A stretch of 64,000 bases of DNA from an uncultured Subdoligranulum sp. (GCA_902496185.1 CABUZX010000002.1:40769-104768); one strand, 5' to 3'; counted from the first letter of the stretch, positions 18,421 through 30,000 are shown. Notes: generated by a model from the letters alone, not told the origin. Numbers and translations: made by a program.

Positions 18421-19581
18421 ATGTACGGAATAAGAGATTATTTGGATTGGAGAGGGGATTTGAGTTTTTCGCAAAGTCCCTTGTGTCTCGTTGATCTCGT
18501 ATGTTTTTCGCAACTCGCGGTGCTCAAGTTGGAAGATTGCGTCAAAAAAAACGTTACTCTGGACAAGGCTTTCGAAGTTTACGCCAAAACAGGCAAAGCC
18601 ACGGAGCCATTGGGGATTATTTTGCCGTTTGAAATGAATCTGTTGTTTAAGGATATGGCAAATAGCAAAAGATTTGCCTCGGTAAAAATCAAGGATTACG
18701 TATACGAAGCTGACAAACAAAAGCAAACGCAGTTTTCCGCTATTACTTTTGATACGACAAAGGAAAGAGTAGTTTGTTTCTCCGGAACAGACGATACTAT
18801 CGTTGGCTGGAAGGAAAACGTCAATCTTGCAAGCAACAAACCGACCTATGCGCAACTTCAGTCTATAGATTATTTGCAAAAAATGGCAAACTGTTCAAAG
18901 CCGGTTTACGTCATAGGGCACAGCAAGGGCGGAAACCTTGCTATGTATTCGTTTTTGCATTGTGACGACAAAACGGAACAACGTATAGTCAAATGTTATT
19001 GTTTTGACGGTCCCGGTTTGTACGAAAAAATATTTGACACGGCGAAAGCTCAAAAAAGATTACACAAAATGTGTTCCGTCTTGCCTCAATATAGCATAAT
19101 AGGTAGAATGTTTTGCCACAAGGAAGAAATTTTTGTGGTCAACAGTAATAAAGAAGGTTTGTTTCAGCACGATTGCTTTAGTTGGGAGGTCAAAAGAAAC
19201 TCTCTTGCAGAACATATCGACGGTTTTTTAAAGGAGTCGGACGCTATCGACGGACGTATAAAAGATATACTTGCAAAAACCGACGAAAAACAACTTGAAT
19301 CAATGTTTAAGAGTTTGTTTGATTTTTTGTACGGAGAACACAGTTTTACTCTTACGGATATTGCCAACGAAAGAAAATATCTTTTATCTTGGTACGTTGG
19401 TATGAACAAAGAGGATAAAAAGGTGTTTAATTCTATAGTGGGGCAACTTGCAAAAGAGCCTGCAATACGCAAGGTTATCGTTCAAACGCTTAAACAAATG
19501 CGCGCGGGCAAACAACAAGCTGAAAAGTTGCAATCTGAATTAAAAAACGAAATGCAAATGAATTTTTTTGCGTTTGAATAA
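18421..19581 (+). CDS. DUF2974 (Mbeg1-like) alpha/beta-hydrolase-family protein
   Basis: Nucleophile elbow VIGHSKGGNLA in the context FSGTDDTIVGWKEN, as I recall for this family. Confidence 0.6.
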   Translation: MYGIRDYLDWRGDLSFSQSPLCLVDLVCFSQLAVLKLEDCVKKNVTLDKAFEVYAKTGKATEPLGIILPFEMNLLFKDMANSKRFASVKIKDYVYEADKQKQTQFSAITFDTTKERVVCFSGTDDTIVGWKENVNLASNKPTYAQLQSIDYLQKMANCSKPVYVIGHSKGGNLAMYSFLHCDDKTEQRIVKCYCFDGPGLYEKIFDTAKAQKRLHKMCSVLPQYSIIGRMFCHKEEIFVVNSNKEGLFQHDCFSWEVKRNSLAEHIDGFLKESDAIDGRIKDILAKTDEKQLESMFKSLFDFLYGEHSFTLTDIANERKYLLSWYVGMNKEDKKVFNSIVGQLAKEPAIRKVIVQTLKQMRAGKQQAEKLQSELKNEMQMNFFAFE

Positions 19582-19606
19582 TTTTTAATAAAAATACAAA
19601 AAACGC

Positions 19607-19634
19607 TTGCATTTTTTTTGTGACGTATTATAAT
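19607..19634 (+). promoter_or_regulatory. sigma-70-like promoter (TTGCAT-16-TATAAT)
   Basis: Hexamers at 19607-19612 and 19629-19634. Confidence 0.45.
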
Positions 19635-19640
19635 AATATT

Positions 19641-19799
19641 GAATTTAATATACAAGTTTTGGAAACGTACCGTTTCTGAGCGGAAAGTTACGGCTGACTG
19701 CAAAGGGTGGGTAAACGAAAAACTTTCGGCGTCTTAGTTGATCGACAAACGCTGACATTTTGGGTTACTCCTTTGCTATATGCCAAAGGAGTTTTTTTT
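19641..19799 (+). promoter_or_regulatory. structured 5' leader ending in a terminator that also sequesters the RBS (unclassified riboswitch/attenuator candidate)
   Basis: Hairpins GAAACGtacCGTTTC (19662-19676) and CGAAAaacTTTCG. Terminator ACTCCTTTGctatatgcCAAAGGAGT (19767-19792) plus T8 abuts the ATG at 19800, and its 3' arm contains the AAGGAG RBS. Confidence 0.5.
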
Positions 19800-20078
19800 A
19801 TGTCTATAAACAAAGTTAATTCAACCGATACTCAAAACAACCGTCTTGCGGTTATTGCCGTAATAGTGGAAGAGACAACCGCCGTGGCGGAAATAAACGC
19901 GCTTTTGAGCGAATACGGCAAGTTTATCGTGGGGCGTATGGGGTTGCCCAACGTGAAAGAAAACGTTAACGTAATCAGTATAGTTTTGTCCGCGCCATTG
20001 GAGACTATAAACGCGCTCACTGGCAAGTTGGGTAGTATAAGGGGTGTCAACGCCAAAACGCTTTTTTCAAAAGTTTAA
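19800..20078 (+). CDS. small ACT-like regulator resembling the TM1266 (iron-only hydrogenase system regulator) family
   Basis: 92 aa. RLAVIAVIVEE...VAEINALLSEYGKFIVGRMGLP...VNVISIVLSAP.ETINALTGKLGSIRGVNAK matches my recollection of that family pattern. Confidence 0.5.
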   Translation: MSINKVNSTDTQNNRLAVIAVIVEETTAVAEINALLSEYGKFIVGRMGLPNVKENVNVISIVLSAPLETINALTGKLGSIRGVNAKTLFSKV

Positions 20079-20148
20079 AACACGACCGTTTTTTATTTTA
20101 AAATCGGTTTTATATAAAAAATAAAAACAAATTAAAAGGAGAAAAACT

Positions 20149-21114
20149 ATGAACAAAAAATTATTGAGCATTATTGCCGTATGTATTCTTTTGGTATGTT
20201 GTACGTCGGTATTTGTGGGTTGTCAAACCCCGCAGGAAGAATACACAGTTGACTTTTATATGCCGGACGGCACGCCTGCGCTTGCCGCTGCAAGCGTATT
20301 AAATCAGTATTCTTTCGGAAAGTCTACGACAAACTTTAATATTGTCAAAGCCGACCAGATTTCCGGCGCATTTAGCGCGGGCGCGGATTTGGCGATTATG
20401 CCGACTATCGTTGCGGCAAAACTCTATACTAACGGCGCGCAAGTTAAACTCGTTTCCACCAACGTTTTTGGAAACTTATTTATCGTTGGCGTAAACACCA
20501 CGGTGGACTCTCCCGCCGATATGGTAGGAAAGGTTCTTTACGTAACCGTTGGTACGACGCTTAATCTTACTAAGTACATTTTAGAACAAAACGACGTTTC
20601 TTGGGCGGAAGGTTCCGAACCGCAAGAGGGCAAAGTAGTATTTTGCTCCAAAGCAGACGGCTCCGAAATTTTACCCTTGTTAAAGCAAGCAGGTCAAAAC
20701 GAAGCGCTTGCCGTGTTGGGCGAACCGCAAGTAACAAAAGCAAAGTCAATGATTAACGGACTTAAAACCGTTATCGACCTTCAAGCGGAATGGAAAACTA
20801 TTACCGGTTTTGAGGGGTATCCTCAGGCGAGTCTCGTTGCAACGGCTGAGTTTTGCCAAAATCACGCTGACTATATTAAAAACCTTTTGACGGAAATGGA
20901 AAAGAACGCAACGTTCTTGGCTGATAATCTTTCCGAACTACCCGCGTTATTTACGCGTTATGAAAGCAGTCTCGGCGGTATGACTTTTGACGAAACTACT
21001 ATTGCAAATTGCAATCTAAGAGTAGAAAGAGCCAAAAACGTCAAAAATAGCGTAAAAGACTATTTGCAACGTCTCGCAACCGCAGTTGACGATAACTTCT
21101 TTTTTGAAGTTTAA
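20149..21114 (+). CDS. ABC transporter substrate-binding lipoprotein (NitT/TauT / NMT1-like type)
   Basis: Signal peptide plus lipobox (LLVCCTSVFVGC). About 320 aa; operon with the permease and ATPase. Confidence 0.7.
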   Translation: MNKKLLSIIAVCILLVCCTSVFVGCQTPQEEYTVDFYMPDGTPALAAASVLNQYSFGKSTTNFNIVKADQISGAFSAGADLAIMPTIVAAKLYTNGAQVKLVSTNVFGNLFIVGVNTTVDSPADMVGKVLYVTVGTTLNLTKYILEQNDVSWAEGSEPQEGKVVFCSKADGSEILPLLKQAGQNEALAVLGEPQVTKAKSMINGLKTVIDLQAEWKTITGFEGYPQASLVATAEFCQNHADYIKNLLTEMEKNATFLADNLSELPALFTRYESSLGGMTFDETTIANCNLRVERAKNVKNSVKDYLQRLATAVDDNFFFEV

Positions 21115-21164
21115 TTAGGTATGACGTTTGACGAAAATATAATTAAAGGCAATTGCAAAAAAAT

Positions 21165-21932
21165 ATGGCAAACAAAAATGTAAAAAAACTGATTTTTGAT
21201 ATTTTGTATCCCGCTATCGTAGTCGTTGGGATGCTGGTTTTGTGGCAAGTGTTGGCGCTCGTTTTGGACGCTAACCTTGTCCTGCCTACGCCAAAACAAG
21301 CCTTTAAGCAATTTTTCGTCTATTGTGGGCAGGGCGAGTTTTGGCTTGCGCTTGCAAGTACTTTTTGGCGCGCCACCTATTCGTTTGCCCTTGCTTTCGT
21401 CGTAGCCGTGGTGTTTGCCGTATTTTGTTGTTTGTCTGACGTTGCGCGAAAAATTATTTTGCCGTTTTTTGCCGTTGTTAGGAGTGTTCCTACGATGTCA
21501 ATTATACTCATACTCGTGATATGGATGTCGCCGTCTTTCGCGCCGGTAGTGGTGGCAATTATAGTTACTGCTCCTACGTTGTTTTCCGCCTTTTTGGCGT
21601 CGGTAGATTCGGTAGACAAAAAGCTGGTAGAAATGAGCAAAGTATACAAGGTCAGTACAAAAGACGTGGTGTTCACGCTTTATCTACCCAACATGGCGTC
21701 ACAATTGTTTGAAAATTGCGCGAGCGGTTTTTCGCTTAACCTAAAACTTATTATCGCGGCGGAAGCGTTGGCGTATACTTCAAAAAGCGTCGGAAAATTG
21801 ATGCAATTTGCAAAAATCAATATCGAACCTACGCAGCTTTTTGCGTTGACCTTATTTGCTATGGTTTTGGGTGTCGTTGCGGAGTCTGTCATTAGGCAAA
21901 TTGGCAAAAGGGTAGTAAGGTGGCAAAAATGA
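21165..21932 (+). CDS. ABC transporter permease (NitT/TauT family-like)
   Basis: Six hydrophobic helices and an EAA-like loop (LIIAAEALAYTSKSVGKLM). The stop overlaps the ATPase start (ATGA). Confidence 0.75.
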   Translation: MANKNVKKLIFDILYPAIVVVGMLVLWQVLALVLDANLVLPTPKQAFKQFFVYCGQGEFWLALASTFWRATYSFALAFVVAVVFAVFCCLSDVARKIILPFFAVVRSVPTMSIILILVIWMSPSFAPVVVAIIVTAPTLFSAFLASVDSVDKKLVEMSKVYKVSTKDVVFTLYLPNMASQLFENCASGFSLNLKLIIAAEALAYTSKSVGKLMQFAKINIEPTQLFALTLFAMVLGVVAESVIRQIGKRVVRWQK

Positions 21933-22618
21933 TTGAGTTAAAAAACGTAACCAAAGTTTATGACAATTCGTCATCACCAGTAAAGGTATTTGAAAACTTT
22001 AATTTTGCTTTGCAAAAAAACAAAATCACGTGCGTTTTGGGCAAAAGCGGATGCGGAAAAACCACTTTACTGAATATTTTAGCCGGTACGGTAAGTTTTA
22101 AAGGCGAGATAACGGGGCTTAATAACGACGTTTCCTATATTTTTCAAGAGCCTCGTTTGTTGCCTAATCTTACCGTTGCGCAAAATTTGCAGTACGTTGT
22201 AAAAAATGCAACGAAAGACCAAATATATAAAATGTTGTCTCTTGCAGAAATTTCCGACAAAGCCGACGTCTTTAGCGGAGAGCTCAGCGGAGGACAGGCG
22301 CAAAGGGTGGCAATTGCTCGCGCTTTTTTAAAGGAGTCAGAACTTTTGCTTATGGATGAACCTTTTTCTTCCTTGGATACGGCGTTAAAAATCAGGCTTA
22401 CGGAGGCTTTTGTCGAAATGTGGAAACGCGACAAGCGTACCGTGCTGTTTGTGACGCACGATATAGAGGAGGCGTTTATGCTTTCGCATAGAATAATCGT
22501 GCTTGACGACGGCAAAATTATTGAGGACGAGTCTCTCGAAGGAGATATTCCGCGCAAGTATGGCGCAAATATTGCCCAAAAACAAAGGTTGTTGCAATCG
22601 CTTTTAAGCATTACCTGA
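21929..22618 (+). CDS. ABC transporter ATP-binding protein
   Basis: Walker A GKSGCGKTT, signature LSGGQAQRVAIARA, Walker B LLLMDEPF and H-loop VTHDIEEA. RBS AAGGTGG. Confidence 0.85.
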   Translation: MIELKNVTKVYDNSSSPVKVFENFNFALQKNKITCVLGKSGCGKTTLLNILAGTVSFKGEITGLNNDVSYIFQEPRLLPNLTVAQNLQYVVKNATKDQIYKMLSLAEISDKADVFSGELSGGQAQRVAIARAFLKESELLLMDEPFSSLDTALKIRLTEAFVEMWKRDKRTVLFVTHDIEEAFMLSHRIIVLDDGKIIEDESLEGDIPRKYGANIAQKQRLLQSLLSIT

Positions 22619-22743
22619 TTGTTTTATATTTGACAAAAAAAACAGCGTAAAGTATAATAATAAAGTATCGATTTGTTTGCGATTTGTTGCTTTTTTTGAG
22701 AGATGGATTTGTGATTGACAACCAAGTAGAGCGGAGTGATTGT

Positions 22744-23676
22744 ATGAGTAAGTACGATATTAATAAGGATTTTAGGTGTTTTGCATGGTTTAAACCGCCG
22801 TTAAACCGCTTTGCGGTGTGGCTTGCGCGCGTTTTTTGGTGGATAGTACCAAAGGGAAAAAGATTAAATTCGGTAAAGCGCACCAAAATTACTCTGCAAA
22901 ACCCGTATGACGGCGGTACTTTTAAGGCTATTTTATTTGAGCGCAAACAAAAACAGTCAAAAAATAAAAAGAAAAACAACAATGACAAAAAAGAGCCTTG
23001 TTTCATATATTTTCACGGGGGAGCCTTTGTTTTTGATGCTATATGGTATCATTTTAATATTGCGCAACAGTACGTTTTGCGCGCAAATTGCAAGGTGTTT
23101 TTCGTCAAATACCGTCTTGCGCCAAAATATAAACGTCCCTGTAGTGAAAACGACTGCGCTTTTTCTATAGAGTACGTTGTAAAAAATGCCGAAAAATTGG
23201 GTATCGATGCGCAACGCATTGCAGTGGGCGGTGATTCTGCGGGTGGATTTTTGGCAATGCGCGCAACAATACGCGCGGTTGAAAACAATATATGCAAGCC
23301 AAAATTGCTTATGTTAATTTATCCCGTGATTGACGCTGATGCGGATAATTATTCTATGAGAGAATTTACCGATACGCCAGTATGGAACTCCGTTTGCAAT
23401 CAAAAGATGTGGAGACTATTTGCGCCCGATACGGTGGTGGATTCGCCCGTAAATTGGCGAGGTTTTGCCGATATTGACTTTGTTTACGTCGAAACGGCAG
23501 AGTTTGATTGTTTGCGCGATAGAGCGCTTTTCTTTGCTAAAAACGTCAAAAATTTAGGCGGAAACGTTTTGCTTAACGAGACCAAGGGCACCATACACGG
23601 TTATGACGGAGTGACAAAAAGTTCCGTAACGCAATCAAGTATAGATTTGCGTTGTGAGTTTATTAAAAAAGTTTAA
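22744..23676 (+). CDS. alpha/beta-hydrolase fold-3 esterase/lipase (HSL-like)
   Basis: Oxyanion HGGAF and nucleophile GDSAGG motifs. ATG at 22744 behind GGAGTGA. Confidence 0.7.
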   Translation: MSKYDINKDFRCFAWFKPPLNRFAVWLARVFWWIVPKGKRLNSVKRTKITLQNPYDGGTFKAILFERKQKQSKNKKKNNNDKKEPCFIYFHGGAFVFDAIWYHFNIAQQYVLRANCKVFFVKYRLAPKYKRPCSENDCAFSIEYVVKNAEKLGIDAQRIAVGGDSAGGFLAMRATIRAVENNICKPKLLMLIYPVIDADADNYSMREFTDTPVWNSVCNQKMWRLFAPDTVVDSPVNWRGFADIDFVYVETAEFDCLRDRALFFAKNVKNLGGNVLLNETKGTIHGYDGVTKSSVTQSSIDLRCEFIKKV

Positions 23677-23898
23677 AAATTGGTTTTTGAATGATGCAAA
23701 ATCCGACGTTGCGATTAGTTTCAAAATACGCAAAAAATCGAATTTTTTGCAATATTTAAATTAAATTGCCGTAAAAATGCGGGATTTGTCGTAAAAAATC
23801 ATTTAATTATGAGTTTTAAAAGGCTTTTTCGATAAAATCGTATAAATTTTTTTTGCAAAAAAGGCGTAAAAAATCTTATAATTTTTATGTTTTTTTTG

Positions 23899-23927
23899 TT
23901 GACTTTATTTTTTGTTGACAGTATAAT
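23899..23927 (+). promoter_or_regulatory. sigma-70-like promoter (TTGACT-17-TATAAT) for the giant lipoprotein gene
   Basis: Near-consensus hexamers about 110 nt upstream of the ATG at 24037. Confidence 0.5.
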
Positions 23928-24036
23928 ATGATGTAACAAAATATATGCTCTACAACTATGTGTGCGTATCTTTTGTTGTATCTAAAGACAAAAACTTATA
24001 ACTACTAGAATTTCATGTTTAAGGAGGAAAAACTAT

Positions 24037-27000
24037 ATGAAAGGAAGGAAGCTTACTCTCATTTTGGTTATGCTTCTTGTCGTGGTATGTACTCTTGCTT
24101 TGGCAGGCTGTCACGAACACACTTTTGATGAAAAAGTTTGGAATCATGACAACGCCGGTCACTGGCACGATGCAACTTGCAAACATACCGGTGAGAAGAT
24201 AGACTACGCTGCTCACACTTTGTTTAAAGTGGACGCAAAAGAGCCTACCTGCACGACGGAAGGTAATAACCAATACTATTACTGTGGTACTTGTAACGCT
24301 GCGTTTAAAGACGAAGCTATGACAAAGCCCACTTATGATTATGCAGAAGTGATACCTGTAAAGGCTCACGTCTACAATCAAAAAGTGACTAATGCAAGTA
24401 CTTTGGTTTCGGCTGCAACGTGCACTTCTAAAGCCGTGTATTATTTCAGCTGTGAATGCGGAGCCATCGGTACGGAAACGTTTGAATCCGGTGAATTTGC
24501 AAGTCATAGTTTGCAATTGATACCTGCGGTAGAAGCTACTTGCGAACATGCCGGTAACAATGCTTATTATACTTGTACTGTTTGCAATCAGTTCTTTAAG
24601 GACGAAGCTGCAACAAAATATACTTCTCCAGAATCAGAAGTATTGCCAATAACGGCACATACTCCGGTTTATCATGCCGGCGTGCCTGCAACTTGTACGA
24701 AAGAAGGTAAGTCTGAATATTGGACTTGCTCTGTTTGTGAAAAGATGTACGAAGATGCATATTGCAACTCTGAAATCACAAGCGTACGTACAATTCCGAC
24801 TGTTGCTCACAATTATATCGAAAATCCTGCCGACAAATATAAGGCAACGGAAGCAACCTGTCTTGTTGTTGCTACATATTATACGAGCTGTTCAGAATGC
24901 GGACTCCAAGGTAGTGATACCTTCTCTTTTGGTGGGTTTGGCGCTCACGTATTGAGCGAAATCGCTGAAAAAGCTCCAACTTGTATGGCAGCGGGTAATC
25001 AAAAGTATTATACTTGTACCGTTTGCTCAAAGTATTATTCTGACGTAAACGCAACTGTGGAAACAACGCCTGAAGAAATGGTGATTGCTATCGTTGGTCA
25101 CTCTTATACTGCAGAAATACCAGATGCGGACAAGATCGCAACCCCTGCAACTTGTGTAAAGCAAGCAACGTATTACAAGAGTTGTATCTATTGCGGAATG
25201 ATCGACCAAAACGTTAGTGGGGTTTTCTCTCACGGTCCTTTGGCTGCGCACACTCCTGGTGCCACTCATGCTCTTACTTTGCCAAGTTGCGCAACGTGGA
25301 CAAATGGTAATATTGAATATTACGTATGTGCAGTAGACAATTGCGGAAAAATATTCTATTTTGATACGGAAACAAGAGAAATAGTAGACAAATACGTAAC
25401 CCAATTTGTTTATGACGAACTTACGGGTGAGCTTATAAAAACCCCAGTTCCTGCGAAGATTGATACTAACGGAGACAATATTCTTGATGATCAAGACGCA
25501 GTGAACCCCGAATATGGTAAAACTCTCACCTTAGATAACGTTACTTTATTTGCAAAGCACCAATATCAAGAAGTTGTTGACGCTTCTTGCTTGGTTTCTA
25601 TGGCAACGTGCAAAGACTACGCAGTATATTACAAGTCCTGCGCTGTTTGCGGAATAAACAGTAGCGCTGAAAACAGTAATTTTGATGAAGCAGAATTTGG
25701 ATCAAAGACCTTTATGACAGGTACGAGATTACCTCATACTTACGAAGCGGATGTAAACGGTGATCCTATTTTGACACCCGCAAAGGTTGCGACTTGTACG
25801 GAAGACGGAAACGTTGCATATTATTTCTGTACTGTTTGCAATAACTACGTTGACGAGTCTGGTAAAATTTTGGGTGAATCTATTGATTCAACGATTGTGT
25901 CTGCCTCTGGCGCTCACGAATTTAAATTGAGAGTTGCTGATAAATATATTTACAAACCTGCAACTTGTTATTCTTATGCGATGTATTGTTTCTCCTGCAT
26001 CTATTGTGACGCCATAAATAATCCGGATGATATTTCTTATGATCCGCAATATGCTCCGCAAGAAGTTGGCAGTTTGTTGCCACACGACTTTGATAAGGAC
26101 GAACAAGGCAATCCTGTTTTGACGCCTGCTGTGGCGGCAACTTGTGACGAAAACGGCTCTATTGCTTATTACTATTGTAAAGAATGTGGTAAGTTTATAG
26201 ACGAAAGTGGCGTTGCTCACGACGATCCTATCGTTGCAAAACTTGGTCACGACTTTACTGTAAAAAGTAACAAATATCCTACGGACCAAGTAGCTACTTG
26301 CGTTCAGGAAGCAGCTTATTACTATGAATGTGCAAACTGCGGTCAAAGTAGTGAAAAATACAACGGTCTTTATTATACGGATGGCGGATTAGCACCGCAC
26401 GTCTTTGGTGACTTGGTTGCAGCAGTGCCCGCAACTTGTGAAAATCCTGGTACGATTGCCCACTACTATTGTGAAGTATGTAAAAATTATTATAATGAAA
26501 ATCAAGCAATTGTAGGAATGGACCCTGCAGATCTTATCACGCAAGCTCTTGGTCACGTGTTTACGGTAAAAAATAAGGACGTAAAACACCTCAAAGAAGG
26601 AACGAAAACAACGTGTGTTGAGTTGGCACAATATTATTACGAATGTGTCCGTTATAATGAATGCGGATGCAATAGTGGTTATCGTGATAAGGATACTACG
26701 TTGGTTTATACTCCTGATGAATTTGCACCGCACGCGTTTGGTGATTTGATCACAGCCGTACCTGCAACTTGTGAAACTTCTGGTACGATTGCCCACTATA
26801 TTTGTAGTGTTTGTTTGCAATATTTCAATGAAAATCAAGCATACGTAGGTACAAAACTTTCTGACGTTGAGGTTCCTGCTCTTGGTCACGTATTTACGGT
26901 AAAAGGCGCGTTTTATCCTGTTGCTGGTTATAGTGACTCTACTTGTGAAATATACGCTAGATCTTATTACGAATGTGTTCGTTATAAAGATTGTGGATGT

Positions 27001-30000
27001 ACTAGTCAAAGTGGCGACGGAGCTTGGTATGATTACGACAAAATCGAGCTTAAACCACACTCGTTTAGCGCATTGATTATTGGTACGCCTGCAGATTGTG
27101 ATGCTACTGGTATTTACGATCACTATACTTGCGCGACTTGTTCAAATTACTTCAATTCAAACTATATGAAAATTGATAGTATAGTAATACCTGAACTTGG
27201 TCACGATTTTACTGACGATACAAAACGTGACGCTGAACACCTTAAAGCAAGCGCAACTTGTGATTTTGCAGAAACTTATTATTATCATTGTTCTCGTTGT
27301 GACGCTAACGCAAAAGACGTTGATCCAACAAAATTCTACGAAGTTGGCGAAAAATTGCCACACGCTGTAGGTGCTTGGATTGCTGCAATTCCTGCCGACT
27401 GTATCACGGATGGCGCAAAGGCTCACTATTTGTGCTCTGCATGTAATAAATATATTGACGCTGACAAAACAACTATAATTGGCGAAAAGTATGAAGATAT
27501 AGTTATTAAGGCTATAGGTCACGACTTTACGGCTCATGAAGTTGCTACTGCGTTCTTGAAAGATGAAGCAACTTGCGGTAGTAAGGCTGTTTATTACGTA
27601 TCTTGCAAAAATTGTAGAGAAATTGATAAAACGCAAACTTTTGAAAGTGGCGAACTCCTTACGACACACACTGGTCCAATTAAATTTGTTCCTGCTGTAG
27701 ACGAATTTAGCGTACCTTCTTTCCCTGCAACTTGCAATTATGCGCACTATGTATGCGAATGTTGCGGTGCAAAATTTGCTGATGCAGAAGGTAAAACTCC
27801 GTTTACGCAAAACAACGGTGATCCTTATTATCAACTTGATAGACCGACAATGGCAATGGGTACTATGGTTGGCGGTAAGTTCGATATGAACGTTACGACA
27901 ACTTTGACTCAAGCAACCTCTGACAGTTATACAATCAACGGTCTTGTACCGTATATCCACGATGATAACTGGGGTGTAGAAGGTCTCAACGACGGCAATA
28001 GAGTTGCAATTCAATTTGCCGCAAAACTCTTGAAATATGCATCTGGTCAAACTGGTGTTATTGCAAGAATTTCATCTACAAACGGTTACTTTAAAGAGTA
28101 CACTGCAGCTGATTTGCAAGCAGGTAGCACTGCAAACAATATCGAAGCAGGTAGCTTCTTGGCAATGTTCAACGTGGGCAAAAATTCAACCGTTACTTTG
28201 CAAATTTTGATGGGAGAAAACACGTGGACGAATTACGTATTCAAGCTCGCAACGGAAGTTACGTTGGTTGAATTCGTAGAAGAAACACAACCTACATATT
28301 GGTGGGACGGAAACTATGATTACTTCCAATACACCGTAATTGAACAAGGCGTAGCAAACACCTATCGTTTTAAAGACGGTTATTGTAAGGAAGAAATCGT
28401 TGACTTTAGCGCTTACGTTATTCCTAAATTGCCGGTAGAAGTTCAACTTGGTTCAGTAGTGGACGGCGCATTTGTCGTAGCAGGTCAAGATTCAACGGCA
28501 ACTTTGACAGAATCTTTGGCCGCACCAAACTCTTATATCCTTGATGGCGCAATTCTTACTAATGCAAACGGCGCTGCTAAATTTGCTATTAAACTTAATG
28601 CAAACTTTGCAACCTACTTTGAACACAACGCTGACAACGAAGTAGTACTTATGATTGGTAGATTTAGCAATCAATCTATAGTTGAATTGAGACTTCCTGA
28701 ATTTAAATTTGCTGAAGACGGCACCCTTGTTTGGGAATTTGACGTAATAGCAGGCGAAACTTACGGAATTGCTCTTAGAGACTACGAAAGAACCGATAAC
28801 TGGTTGTATTACTACTTTGAGATTGATTCTGATGTTGTTACTCCGACCAAGGTTGAAGCTATAGAGGCTTCTTATTGGACGGAAGGTCGCAAAGAACACT
28901 ATACTTTGACCGACGCTATGGGTATAGTAACTTATTATGAAGACGTTTACTGCACAAAGCAAACAACTAAGGAAGAAGTTATTTCTGCTCAATTCGAAAT
29001 TGAATTGTCAACGGAAAGTGGTATGACCTATGCGTTGGAACGCGCGCAACTTGGTAGTTATGCTCTAAAAGGTGTTGTTCTTTACAATCTTGAAACAGAA
29101 AATCATTACTTTACTGTAAGATTTGCTACTAAGTTTATCGAAGAATACACTAAAGCAAACTATGATGCTACAAAGGTTATCATCAAGATTAAGTCTGGCA
29201 ACAATGAAATTAGCTATACGTTGCAAGATGTTCTTAATATGATAGAATCTTTCTACGTACAAGACGAAACAACTGGTGAAATGGTATTGTCCGAAGCTCC
29301 ATATATCCTCTTTGAAGGCAATGCAGCTTTGATGAATGCTCAATTTACGTTCTCTTTTGTAAATCCTGCAAATGCAGACGATTGGATGACTTACGAACTT
29401 TCAATGGATCAAAATCTCTATTGTCCGATTTTGATGCCGACAATTGCTCCGACGTACTTTACTGTTGGTACGAAAGAACATTATAAGTGCTTGAGAACCA
29501 ACAAGATGTTTGCAGATGAAACCTGCACAACAGAATATCTTGAAAGCGAACTCGTAATTGCTAAGTTGATGCCAGAAGTAGAAGCTGGTAGTTATGATTT
29601 TGAAAAGAACGAATTTACTGTAGGTGGGGTATATTACGTTGTAAAACTCAACAGTAATAAAGTTTACGTGGTAAACGGTACGGTTATTAAGTCCACCCCG
29701 AGACCTGGAACAACAGATGAATATAAGTTTGTTCTTAGATTTAACGACAACTTTGCTAAATGGTATGAAGACCTTGATGACAACGAAATCGTACTCAAGG
29801 TAAAACTTGCTCCGAACGCAACGGAAAATCATAATGATCCTGATTATGCGGGATACAATATCTTTACAAAAGCAAGCGCATTTGAAGCTGATGGTTCTAT
29901 CGTCTTTATTTCTGACTCATTTAGAACTGATTTGATTGAAATTTGCTTGTGGAATACAAAGTCAAATGATTGGGAAGTTTACAATGTACAACTTGAGAAT

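Noticed and set aside
19641-19799. TPP (THI-box) riboswitch upstream of the NMT1-like ABC operon
   Set aside because: Only a CTGAG word is present. The ACCUGAUCUGGAUAAUGCCAGCG-type pyrophosphate-sensor helix and the overall THI-box architecture are absent. It is kept as an unclassified leader instead.
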